Below are positions 1 through 11,110 of a stretch of DNA of 64,000 nt, piece after piece (position 1 is the stretch's first letter; each line of letters begins with the position of its first letter). Location: the NCBI GenBank assembly GCA_027604505.1, contig JADIIX010000016.1, positions 1 to 64,000 on the forward strand, written 5' to 3'. The position numbers and the translations under genes are program-made. This stretch comes from Gonapodya sp. JEL0774 (Eukaryota). Under the pieces are notes generated by a model that was not told the DNA's origin, searched no databases, and saw only the letters and a list, made by a program, of their open reading frames with translations.

Positions 1-621
1 ATTTCGTATGTTCCAATATTTAAGTCGCCGAGAATGTGCGTATTATAATTCGATTTCAGTCAACTTTGAAACCCACTGGTATGCCTGACTGATACATACT
101 ATGTATTGTAGATTCTCGGTCCTTTGCTGCACATGTAGCTGGAAAACATTGATACACCTTTTCCCCGATGAAAGACTTTCGCAGGTGAATACTATTGTTT
201 CACTGTTTCGACAGGCAGCACACGTGTCTGCCTCTATGTATGCTTTAAGCGACTAGGGGGCCTGCGTGACAAGATATTAAGAATGAGACCCTTTGTAGCG
301 TGAGAAGCAGGCACACACCTTCATGGTGAGTGTTTCAGTGCGGGCAGAGGCATGACCGCCCTCTTCCAAGTACGCACAGACACAAGCTGCTGCAAACACA
401 CTCTCGTCCTTTCTAAATTGATTTTATTTATGATGGATCACAGACCCTCGGCAAACATATCCAATTTGCTCAGTCCCTGTTGTTGGTGTTGCAAAGGTTG
501 ATGAATTGCTGTGGCCTCTGTCCCTTCCCAATGGAGTTCCCCCGCACTCGCCCTGGAACGGGAGAGCAAATATAAAAGCAGTCGCCTGCAAATAATTACC
601 ACCGCGATACTCTTTGATAAA

Positions 622-2853
622 ATGGCGAGGCCGCCCATGAAGATCCGTGTCCACCAGCTTCCTCGCGATGTTCTGTCAGCAATCTTCGTCCGCATTGATC
701 AACCCGCGTCGTTCTCTCGTGTTTGCTCTTCCTTCTTGGCACTTTCCGCTGTGAGTCCTCCCATTGAGTCTTTCCTGCTTTGATCTCTGGCAACTTCGAA
801 TGTCATTGAATGTGGCTGCACTAATGTTAGTTGGAAACTCGTTCGTGTTCGTGAACGCAGGACACACTCGCACGGAAGCGATATTTCCTCAAACGCTATT
901 CTCCCTCTTTAGTCGCACACAACATCATTTTCAGACACCCATGCATGCTTCTGCCCACGGCGCCAGGCTCGGTCGATGAACTCATCGACTGGATGTGTAT
1001 GGACAGTCCATCAGGTCCCGAACTCAGAGTCTCTCCACCCTCCCGACACACTCTCCAGTCCGCTTTCCGCGCGATAATGCACACAGCATACAACAGTGCC
1101 GATGGAAACGTTAGCACCTCCCCCTTCCGCTTATCCCTTGCAAACCACTCCCTCTCGGAATCCGAACAAGCCTCCTCCAAAGCACGTCGCTTTATGCTTT
1201 TTTCAAAAACAATCATTCAAATCGCCGAGCGTCTCTACGGTGCAGACGGCGACCTTTATGGTGATGATCTCGGGCGCTTTGCTTTGGCTCTGGGCCGACC
1301 ATACCCGTACAACCGTGGTTCTTTTCAAATGTGCTTAAACTTTCCCCCCTACAACTGGCACCTTCTCCTTGACAACGACCAACCCCGTGAACCGGAAATC
1401 GAGGTTATACGACAGCTTGTTTTCGATTACCGTTTCTGTCCAGCTCCGCTTGCCAGATCCGAACCCCTCCAGAAATTGAACACCACCACCAACACCTATT
1501 CCTCACTGTCCAAAACCACCTCCGCTGCCTCTCAACTCTCGCTCTACCTTTGGGACGTCGCCGCCCTCCCAGACCCCTGCCTTGTCGGGGCTCTCCTCCA
1601 GAACTGGCCCCCTGAGCACCTCGACATCGAGTACTTGTTTACTGAGGGCTTCTCAAACGCGGACGCGATGGGGCCTTTCTTTGATCCCGCATGTACTCTC
1701 CTGCTCAGCCTGGTCAACCCCACCAGGTTCTCTTGCGAGCAGATTTTTTCCCTCGTCGCATCACGCGCTGGAGCAGCTCTTGCCTCCTCCCCACCCAACG
1801 TCATCACGGGCGTTGCGAACAACCTCTTCCGCGGCCTGTGCTATTTTGTAAACCACTCACTCGAGGTTGGCCTGACTTTCACCGACCTTGCCTTTTCGCA
1901 TGCCCGACAATCTGGGTTTTCAGTTGGAAGCACGGTAGAACTGATCGCTCTGAGTTCAAAGTGGGACGCACACCTCACAACTACCTTGGGATTGTCCGAA
2001 GACTCCGAGAAGCAGTGTGGTACAGAGCACACAGTGGTGTTGATCGGCAAACTTTTGCAAGCGTTGGAGGATGGATACAAGGACGGAGATATAGTAGCTT
2101 TGAAGAAGGCTATCGCTTTCCCGTATGGGTAAGTTTTGAGTCACGTCAGTCTTCCTTTGTGGGTTTACTTTCTTCGTGGTGTCCTCAATGTTCATTTGTG
2201 TGTTCGCACATTGGCCGGCAACCAGTTTTCTTGTGCGACATCTCCCGTCCTCCCACCCCGTCTTCCCCCTCGCCCTCCGTTATGTCATCCGCATTCTGCA
2301 CGCCTGCGTCCGCGCCTACGAACTTCCTGATAACCCGAACCGCGCGACCCGCACAGCCCTCAACGCTCACACGTCATCGGAGGTAGTCTCCTCAATTCTT
2401 TTCCTGTTTGCGAAAGTTGAAACATATCCGTCGGCTGACGATCTGATAGATTTGCGGCAGGCAGTGGCTCGTGCCGACGAAGAGAACTTGTTGGGTTCAC
2501 GAAGGCCACTGCTCAAGGTCGTGCGATGTGCCTTGCGTTCCATGGAGTTCATTCTGGACCGGCGGGACAAAGAGCTGCGGAAGGCGATGAACGTGGAGGT
2601 AGATGCGGAGACGAGTGAGGCAGGATCATCGGATTCTGATGTTTTGGAGGACGGAATGCTGGACTTTTTTGAACGAGAGGAGCAATTAGCGGTTGTGGTT
2701 GTGAAAAAGGAAGCTGAGGAGGACTTGGAAGAGGTGGATCTTGAGGAATGGATTCTCGGACTGTTTGATGACAACGAGACTCGCGTTACCGACAAGGAGC
2801 TAATAGAGGAGCAAAGATTGGGGTTGGAATGGATTGGTGATTTGTTCGACTGA
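622..2853 (+). CDS. F-box-like protein, 3 exons
   Basis: Exon 1 encodes LPRDVLSAIFVRI...FSRVCSSF (F-box-like). A GT-AG intron at about 750-860 joins in frame to ORF 945-2132, and a second intron at about 2129-2225 joins ORF 2176-2853, which ends in an acidic tail. Confidence 0.55.
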
Positions 2854-3304
2854 GTGTCAGATCAGAACTGTGGAGTGTTAGATCAGAGCCACAGTCCACA
2901 CTCCATACTACTATTTACTAATCGCAGTGCTGAAACATATCACGGAACGACAGTCAATATCCCAGAACTGTGTGAATGCGTAAATTATTCTTAATTATGT
3001 ACAGGCTGACTTCTTCTACAGGTTGACTCAGACGGAAAATAGTTGATGGCCTTCCACCTTGAAGTTCGCTGCATCCGTCCCTCCAGCGGCACTGGACACA
3101 ACCACGGCAATGTATTTAGCAAATTACGTTAAAATCGTTCCAATACCGAGATGGCTCTGCATTTCCAAGGGTAGTTTTGGGTTGATGCAGCAGTGTTGGT
3201 ATGTTTCCAGTGGTTGCTCTTTTCACGTGCTTCATTACGAGAGCAGATGTCACTCGATTGTATGATGGACATTGTTCAGACAACATAAATAGTATGCTCC
3301 TATT

Positions 3305-6300
3305 CTACAATGGGGAATGCATTCCTAGAGAACAAACAACTGTGTTTACGTAAATTAGCATTAGTGATCCTGGTAGAACTTACCCAATTTTGTATTGTAC
3401 TCAAGTTTGCTCCGTTTCTGAAATCGAATATACTCCTTCTGATCGTGAAGTCTCACTACCTCCTGTATGGGAAGAAAGAGGAGCGGGAACAGAATCGCGA
3501 GAAACCAGACATACCACCGTACGGAAGCTAGGGACACGCCCGAAAGCTTAATAGTTACGGCAGAGAACGCGAACTGAGCCAAAAGACTAAGTCAAAGTCA
3601 ACGTAAGTGCTTTCTCTGACGCCCCTTCGGTAGACAATTCTCACCTCAAGAAGGACAACACAACCCATACTTTGTTATGCCGCCACGGTTGATACTGCCA
3701 TACTGGTTTCGTTCGGTGAATAAAAGTGACGGAAAGTAGTGCTGGGTATATGACAACCGGTGGAGATGTCGGTTGAGAAGGAGACACCTCCATGTCATAA
3801 AACCAATAGCAGTAAATCATCACATGAATCAAAGCTCAGCTCACCACAATAAAGCACAAAAAAAAACAATGTGATGGATTGTGATGCGACGAGAGCACCT
3901 TGTTCGGCTCCAGACAATTGCGTCCAAGAAGTGGCGTTCCGGTTAGTGCCGACAACATCGAATCTAACAGCATCACCATCGGAGAAACCTGCAAGACAGC
4001 TGTGGAAAAACAAAATCAGCATGCATAACAGTTTATGTGAGCATTGTGCATCTTGCATAATCACAGAACAAATATAGCGACACAGCCAAAGACGGGGCCA
4101 GCAATTCGTATGGCCAAGTATGTGAGAAATCGCCATCGATCCTTCAGATGCCCAATATTCTTGGGTGGCATTTGAGTCATGACATCTGGGTCGTGCGCAG
4201 TGAACAGCATAGAGAATCCAAGCATCGGCAAAACAATCCACATCACCCAGAGCAGTTGGTAGCCTTGAAACACCGTTGCTTTGAAAAAACATGAAACTAT
4301 ACGTTAGATGCACACAAACTTTCCCAATGCGCACTTACGAAGAGTGAAACATTGGGCTCCCATCATAATCATGGACAAGGCTGTGTGACAGGCAATGAGC
4401 CACGTAAAAGCCTGTCGTGCGCTCGTGGTGATTGTACGGGCTTCTCGAATGACTTGAGTGAGAGTGTAGAGACTTGTGTCAGCCTGCATAAATAAGGCAC
4501 ACGGAAGTGAAGTGAGTGATGCCCCTAGCGCAAGTGGTGGTAAGGTCGAGGGTGGCTGCTGCTTGCCATGCCGGCTTGTTGCCCTCGTGTGCACAGGTTC
4601 AATAGAGACCGACACATCTGCCTAAAACATTCAACATTGAGTGAAGCGAACAATCATATATCTCTAGTAAAGGCGACACACCGTGGCGAAGGCTGCCGTA
4701 TTTGAACTGTTTAGGGCGCTTCCAATGCAACAAACAACCTCCCCATACTCCTGAAAGATACGAATCATTTCCTCCGTGGACTCAGGAGAACATTCTGCAA
4801 ATAGGGAGACGTGAAGTGGAATGTCGTCTACTTCTTGCAGGTGATGTCGGATGTTCACGATTCCCCTTGGAAGTCGAGCTTTGATATCGTGAAGTTCACG
4901 GTAGCCACCTTCTGAATCATCCGACAGAAGAATGCAAGTATTCCAGTCTGTTTCCAGACCAAGACGTTCTGCATATGCTGCAATAAGGAAATTAAAGCAG
5001 AATGTCAGGCGCAGCAGTGCTGACAACATGAGGTCATGACGAATCCACCTTTGCTCTCACGTTCCGGGGCCGGGGAAAAGAACACAAACCGAATACCAGC
5101 AAGCTTTAAATCTTCAATGAAATCGCTTACGTTCTTTACCGCAATACGTCAAAATTGTACAAGGGATCGATTACGCAAGGAACCGACTACCGGCTTTCAA
5201 AGATTGGCTCACTGGCTTAGGGTGATGTGTGGAAAGAACAGCGACGCCCAAAAACGTTTGACCTTTCACCACCTCCTGAAAAAAAACTTTCTCATCCTTG
5301 GATTCAAAACTGTGACGGAGGTCCACTGCCGAGACAACTCGTTTTCGGGGCTTGCGCTTTTTTTTCGGTAAGGACCGATTCTTGATGGGCGGTGCCGTCA
5401 TTGGTGGACCAGCAAGGTTAGCGCTTCTGTTTGAACTTCCTGCGTTGTTCATGTCTTGCCAAGGAACACCAATAGTCGATTTGTCACTGGAGTCTTCAAA
5501 TAGTTCCAAAGGTGGAGGCAACCCATTTACTCTAGATTCATTGTGCGCAACTTTGCTCTCTAACATCCCAATATGGAAGGCTAGCAAAGCAGCATCATCA
5601 GCTTCGGATGCGGACGAAGGATCTGCAAGTGACGTCTTGCTGTTGCGTCGATGGTGCTCGTTGGAACCTTTGCTGTCTCGTCGAGGATAACCACACCCGG
5701 GAAGTTCTAGGTACACGGGTAACTGCTCATTGTGCATGTGAAGGATTGGTAATTCTGTGCCTGGCATAGCAGTTCTTTTGTTTTAGAAACGGAACGAAGA
5801 TCAGAACTCATTTATAAGCTCCTACCATATTGGATTGGTCGATATGAGAATGCGATCACCTGCATGTCATTTTCGATTGCAGTATGATAATAGTCGAGGA
5901 CCTTCCGCTCAATCTGGGGGGGGCCAGAGATGAGTCTGATAATCCTCCCTCGGGCCGTGGATCCTGTTGTAACACACGCACTCACAGTTTCGTCGAGCAT
6001 ACCCAAATGATCCCCTCCCCAATAGTCCGCACAGCTCTCTAGCACCAAATCCAAAGTACCATCACTCATTACCAGCCACTCGGAGTTCGGATCTTCCACA
6101 TCACCGTCGCAATGCAGAATCTGGCTATACATGGAGGGCACCTCGTAGGCGTACCCATAGACGAGGCCTCACAGAAGACTGAGTACATTGTAAAATGAGA
6201 ATGGAAACCACATTACACTCACCATCTCGGATGGAATGATGGTGCGGGGCGAACGTGTATATTTCCCGGTACCTCTGGTAATTCTTCACAGCTTCCGGCA

Positions 6301-9300
6301 CGAAGCCCATTGCACGAGAAAGCCTACACAAACACGCTTTATGACCACCCATTAGCAAGCAGCATAGAGAGGAAGAGCGGCACACGGCACTCACTTTGCC
6401 GTGCGGGCCTTGTCCTTCCATGAAGATGCATGTTCAAAAGTTTTCTGTGAGGTTCGTTCCTACGTCTGCCCTGCGCAAAACCGCAGTTGGTATCGAGGAT
6501 CAAATTCAGACCCAACGGTCTAAGGCATGGAATATAAGATTGCCAGTCGGAGTCCTCGAACAGGACTCCGTGGAGAGCCGATGGTTGTTCCGAGACATCA
6601 AGAATGACGGGATTGTCCGTGGAGTCGATAACGAGAAGCTCCTCAACTTGAGGGAATGGCTTGCACAAGCAGAAGAAGACAATGTTGACATGAGATAACA
6701 GTGCGGTTTGTTCGCTGCTGTCTCACCATTGATAATATGCCCTCTTTGTCAAGGGAGCAAATCACCGTGGCACTCCCAAGAGACTCAAACAAGCTTGTTG
6801 ACCGTGTAAGTGAAGTTCTATCTCGATTCATTAGTAGAGAAACAAAACGCTGGAATACGATCCCTGAGATGACACAATGTTGACGTCAGCAATCCACACA
6901 CCCGAAACCAAGTAGTCTCACTAGGATCTACATCCACATCCTTGGTGGGAGGAGGAGCAACATCAAACTCATCCACATCATCCACGTCTTCATACTCCTC
7001 TCTTGACTGCTGCAAGGCGTCAAACAGACTCAGAACCTGAGCATTCCCCAGCGCGCGAGCAATCAATAGAATAGCGGGTACTGATAAAGGAACCAGAGGA
7101 AGGGCCGTGTACACTGGGATTGCGATTAGTTCCTCCCACCCTTGAGTGGAGCGAGTTTCTCGGTCTCGCGCCAAATATCGCACTAAAGCCATCACAACAG
7201 CCCCAGCAAAGACGCTTGGTAGAATTCGGCCAACAAAAAAATCATTCATAATGCGCAACTGGTTCTCGATGATAGAGTCGGGCCGATTATGCGAGAAGGC
7301 GTCGTGCAGAGTTTGTCGTGCTGGCGTTTCAAGGAGAACGAATTGAAACCGCCCGTTGTTGAGTCGCAGTTCATCTGCCATTGAATATTGTGCTGTACGT
7401 GTCGTGTTGTTGGCAACTGAAGGCCACGGTACATTGTCAGAGTTCTCTTGTTCAAACTGAGGTGCATTGTCAGAGTTCTCTTGCTCAAACTGAGGTGTAT
7501 CACCACTAGAAGCAAGTTCACCCGCAGGCCGAGTTCTCCCTCCCGTAGCAAGAGTAGATTCAGGGGGCAAAACGTGCAAAGGTGGCGCTTCCCGCCCATT
7601 TTCTGGTATCTCACAGGGCTCAACTCCCTTCCCCTCGAACAGCAATGGCCGGAAAAGCTCCCCTCGTCTTAATTCGAATATCGATCTTCTAGCTCCCATG
7701 CTTGCCGAGAGGTCGCTGGCATACACGTAGTGACATCTGCACGGTGCCTTATCCCCATAAGCCAACTCAACGATGTCACCCGCCACCAGGAGGGTGTGAG
7801 GAAACGTGCGGATGACACCATCGCGTACAACACGAGACGACGAAACAGAAGGTACTGTCGGAATCCGTACTTCCTACAGGTGCAGATATAAGTTTGCAGA
7901 TTCTGTGCCGTAGACAACTTCATCAACCCACCTGAATCATATTCATTCCAGCCTCACTGAGTTTTTCAAGGAGTTTCTCGGCCCTTTGCGGCATCTCACG
8001 CAGAACAAGTCTTTCTTCTCTGACGTACAGCCACGCATTAACGACAATTGCGAAGATTACCAAAGCCAGCTCGACGGGAACGGCGAAATGACGGGACTGG
8101 GAGATCGAGCCAGACAACAAAGAACCCACGAGGAACAACAATAAGAGTAAGAGAGCAAAGAGTGAGGATAACGTGTTCGGTAATTGAAAGAAGCGGAGGG
8201 CGGCTATTTGAACAAATCACGATTTAGGTTCTCAGCTAAAACTTGTGTCCACGTAACTCGCAGATTCTCGAGAAAGAACTTCCACCCCATATTCACAAAA
8301 TGAAGTTTTTAAGTCTATCGAGACTCACGGACTTTAATCGGTACATCCTTCGCGTACTGTCCGAGCACGTCCCGGCAATGCTCCACAAGGCGGCTAAGAC
8401 ACGAATGATTGAGTGCATGAGCCGCAACAACTTCGATTCTCTGTATTCACCGCGCTGCTTCTTCACTTTCCAACCCAATTTGCCTCGCCCCACCGCTCTG
8501 GTCTGCGAGTGGACTCACGAGAAGCTCGTTACTCCATCCCAATTGAAGTTCATCTTCATCGTAAGCGAGAATATCTCTCGGGGAAGACTCGTCTGGATAA
8601 ACAACCGTTATATGCCCTGGCTCAGACAGTTCATCAGAGCGCATCGGGATGGTGATGGGCTGAGGGGCCACCGCAGCAGATGCTGCAGCCAGAGTAGATC
8701 CACCAATAGACGCATCAAGATCAAGGTGAGACACGAATTGAGCATTTGAGGCAAAGCGGACGGTGGGAGTTTTGGGCAGATTGTTGTCTGACCCTGGGGT
8801 TTCCAGCATTGACGACAATGGGTGTAGAACAACATCTTCAGGGTCAAATGGATGTAAGGAAACTTCATATCCACTCTCTACTTGAGCTCTGCCATTATCA
8901 CGTAGCTCGTCCACAGATTCTGGGGCTGGATTGGAGTCAAAGTATCCTTGATCCGTGTTCGTGGTCCCAAAGTAACCAGCATCTTCCGAGCCTTCTGCTT
9001 CCGAACCAGTTACAGGAGAATGTGTGGAGTCAGAGCGCTCTAGAGCAGCTAGCCTTATGTCCAGTAAACGAGGATATTGGTAGGGGTGATGATGATTCGA
9101 GAGAGGAGTCTTGTTGAGACCGGTGGAGGTTTTCTAGACATAACAGAAAGAAGTTCTAGTATTCCTAGCAACGGAAGTCCCCAACCAGCAACACCCAAAT
9201 GCCCGGTCACGTCAACGTCCACAAGGAATGTTGGTCAGAATGATGGATGACCTTTCTGGGAATGACCTCTTCCATGCTTTCGCGGGGTAAGCCCCTCCTT

Positions 9301-9463
9301 TCTTCTTGGTTCCACTGGAAGTGCAGACTTTCCCCTGTTCCCTACGTTCAGAAATCCTGTTCACATTTGTCTCGATGACGCTTGGGACTTCTCGCACCTC
9401 CACGTGATCCTCCCCTGCAGAAATCTTTTCTTCTCTATGAAGGTTTGTCGCAGCTCCGTCCAT
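3305..9463 (-). CDS. TMEM94: TMEM94/ERMA-like P-type-ATPase-related membrane protein, about 14 exons
   Basis: Motifs LGLETDWNTCILL, ARLPRGIVNIRHHLQEVDDIPLHVSLFAECSPE..EMIRIFQEYGEVVCCIGSALN, CSLDKEGILS and C-terminal KRSKLEYNTKLGMHSPL* match recalled TMEM94. The start codon is uncertain because of a long N-terminal extension. Confidence 0.9.
7432..7497. repeat. 33-bp in-frame tandem duplication (PQFEQENSDN twice)
   Basis: cattgtcagagttctcttg(t/c)tcaaactgaggtg occurs twice with one mismatch. Confidence 0.95.
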
Positions 9464-9536
9464 CACTCGCTCGACTTCATGTGCTCTGATGGTGGAAGGG
9501 GCATATAGTTGTGCATAGTGCTGAGGTGTTAGATTG

Positions 9537-10943
9537 ATGAACGATCATGATTCTATTGAATTACACATCAGCATGCCTAAAGAGCCAAATACGACCATCT
9601 TCGCGCTCGGTTGCAATGCATTCGGCCAATGCGGCGAGCCAATCGTGAAAATGTTCTCACTCAGGCCAAATCTTCTTCTGAGTTCCTCGTCAGTTTCCGG
9701 ATTTTCCGTGACCTGGGAGTCTACAGTAGCTTGGGGGTTCACGACAAATTCGGAAGCAGTGCTCACTCAGAATTGGATGATTGTCTGGGGTCGAGATGCC
9801 CTGCGTTGTCGCAACAGAGACAGCAGTTCGATACCGACAGTTTACGACCTTCCAGAAGAGATTCAGAGAATCCAAGAGCTTAAAACCATACGAGGAAGGG
9901 GTGCAATTGTGGTACTCGACCGTACGCGGAAGGTGTGGTTGGTAGAGACACAGGGGGCCAGCCCGAACTCTCACCATGCAGAGCCTTCACTTTCGTGTTT
10001 GACAACAACGCCATCTGTTGCTGGGCTGAAACTTGTTGGTCGTGAAATTCTGTCATCGGTCATTGCGGTCGGGGTTTCGGGGGAACGGCTCATCACACTC
10101 TCTGACAACCACACTATCTCACTATGGGCATTTCCATCCAACGATTTCACAAAACAACACCATACATCTTCTTCTTCTGCTTTTGAAATTTTGCGGACGT
10201 TTTCGCCCAGGATAATGGGGATTTCAGTTGGACCGAATCACGCACTTTTCCAGGCTGATAATCCTTTCAGAACGCCGCTCTCTCTTCGAACGGGGCCTGT
10301 TGGAGGGCTCCATGGTCAACTTGGTCATGGAGCCGTTGATTCGTCCCCATACGAACCTTCAGCAGATGACCTGGCCGAAATTGAGGCTCTGTCGGGGATA
10401 CCTATGAAGAGCTGTGCTGCGGGAGGGCTGCACTCGGTATGGCTAGACGAAAGTGGAGAACTGTATGCATCCGGAATGAACGGTTTTGGGCAAAGCGGGC
10501 GATTGCAAATGCGGCGCTGGTGGGTCGAGAGGGACGGACTTGATCGCGAAGAGTTGGTTCATGGGACGGAACTGAATGATCGACAGGAGAAGGAGAACAC
10601 GACCGCGGAATGTTGTAATATCGTCCAATTACGGCAACGGGAGGATATCCCTGTATCATTCGATGCTACAATCCCCTCCCTATTCTCAACCCCTAAGTCT
10701 GAGCCGGTGGACCTTCTTGCATGCGGTGAACACGTTACCGTTGTATCACTCGTCTCCGACCGAGAAAACTCTACGCCTAGAATTTGGTTGAGAGGTATGC
10801 TGTGGAGGGTGGCAGAAGAAATAACAGTAGATACATGGAAAGAAATCATTGTTGGTGATAGTAGGGGAGAAGTGACTCGGATTGATGTTGGGGAAGGGAC
10901 CGCATGGCATGTCGTAGTTGGAGTGAAAGATATAGGGGAATGA
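9537..10943 (+). CDS. RCC1-repeat protein (RCCD1-like), intronless
   Basis: GCNAFGQCG, GLHGQLGHG, AAGGLHSVWLDESGELYASGMNGFGQSG and LACGEHVTVV RCC1/BLIP-II motifs. The start is 9537 or 9573. Confidence 0.8.
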   Translation: MNDHDSIELHISMPKEPNTTIFALGCNAFGQCGEPIVKMFSLRPNLLLSSSSVSGFSVTWESTVAWGFTTNSEAVLTQNWMIVWGRDALRCRNRDSSSIPTVYDLPEEIQRIQELKTIRGRGAIVVLDRTRKVWLVETQGASPNSHHAEPSLSCLTTTPSVAGLKLVGREILSSVIAVGVSGERLITLSDNHTISLWAFPSNDFTKQHHTSSSSAFEILRTFSPRIMGISVGPNHALFQADNPFRTPLSLRTGPVGGLHGQLGHGAVDSSPYEPSADDLAEIEALSGIPMKSCAAGGLHSVWLDESGELYASGMNGFGQSGRLQMRRWWVERDGLDREELVHGTELNDRQEKENTTAECCNIVQLRQREDIPVSFDATIPSLFSTPKSEPVDLLACGEHVTVVSLVSDRENSTPRIWLRGMLWRVAEEITVDTWKEIIVGDSRGEVTRIDVGEGTAWHVVVGVKDIGE

Positions 10944-11110
10944 ATTTGTACCCATAAAGTACAGGGCGACATGAACTGTGCACGACCTCAGTTCAGTCTG
11001 GAAGACTGCACCAACTCCAAACATCAATCACAGAGGTTCCTGAGCAACGATTCGCCCCCGACAAGCAATTGGCTGCATCATTTTTCCCATTGGCCACCTA
11101 GCGCCCATCA

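Noticed and set aside
2852..2905. Short direct repeat (gagtgt.agatcaga twice) and small inverted repeat after the F-box gene stop
   Set aside because: Only two short units with no spacer array or element structure, so likely local slippage.
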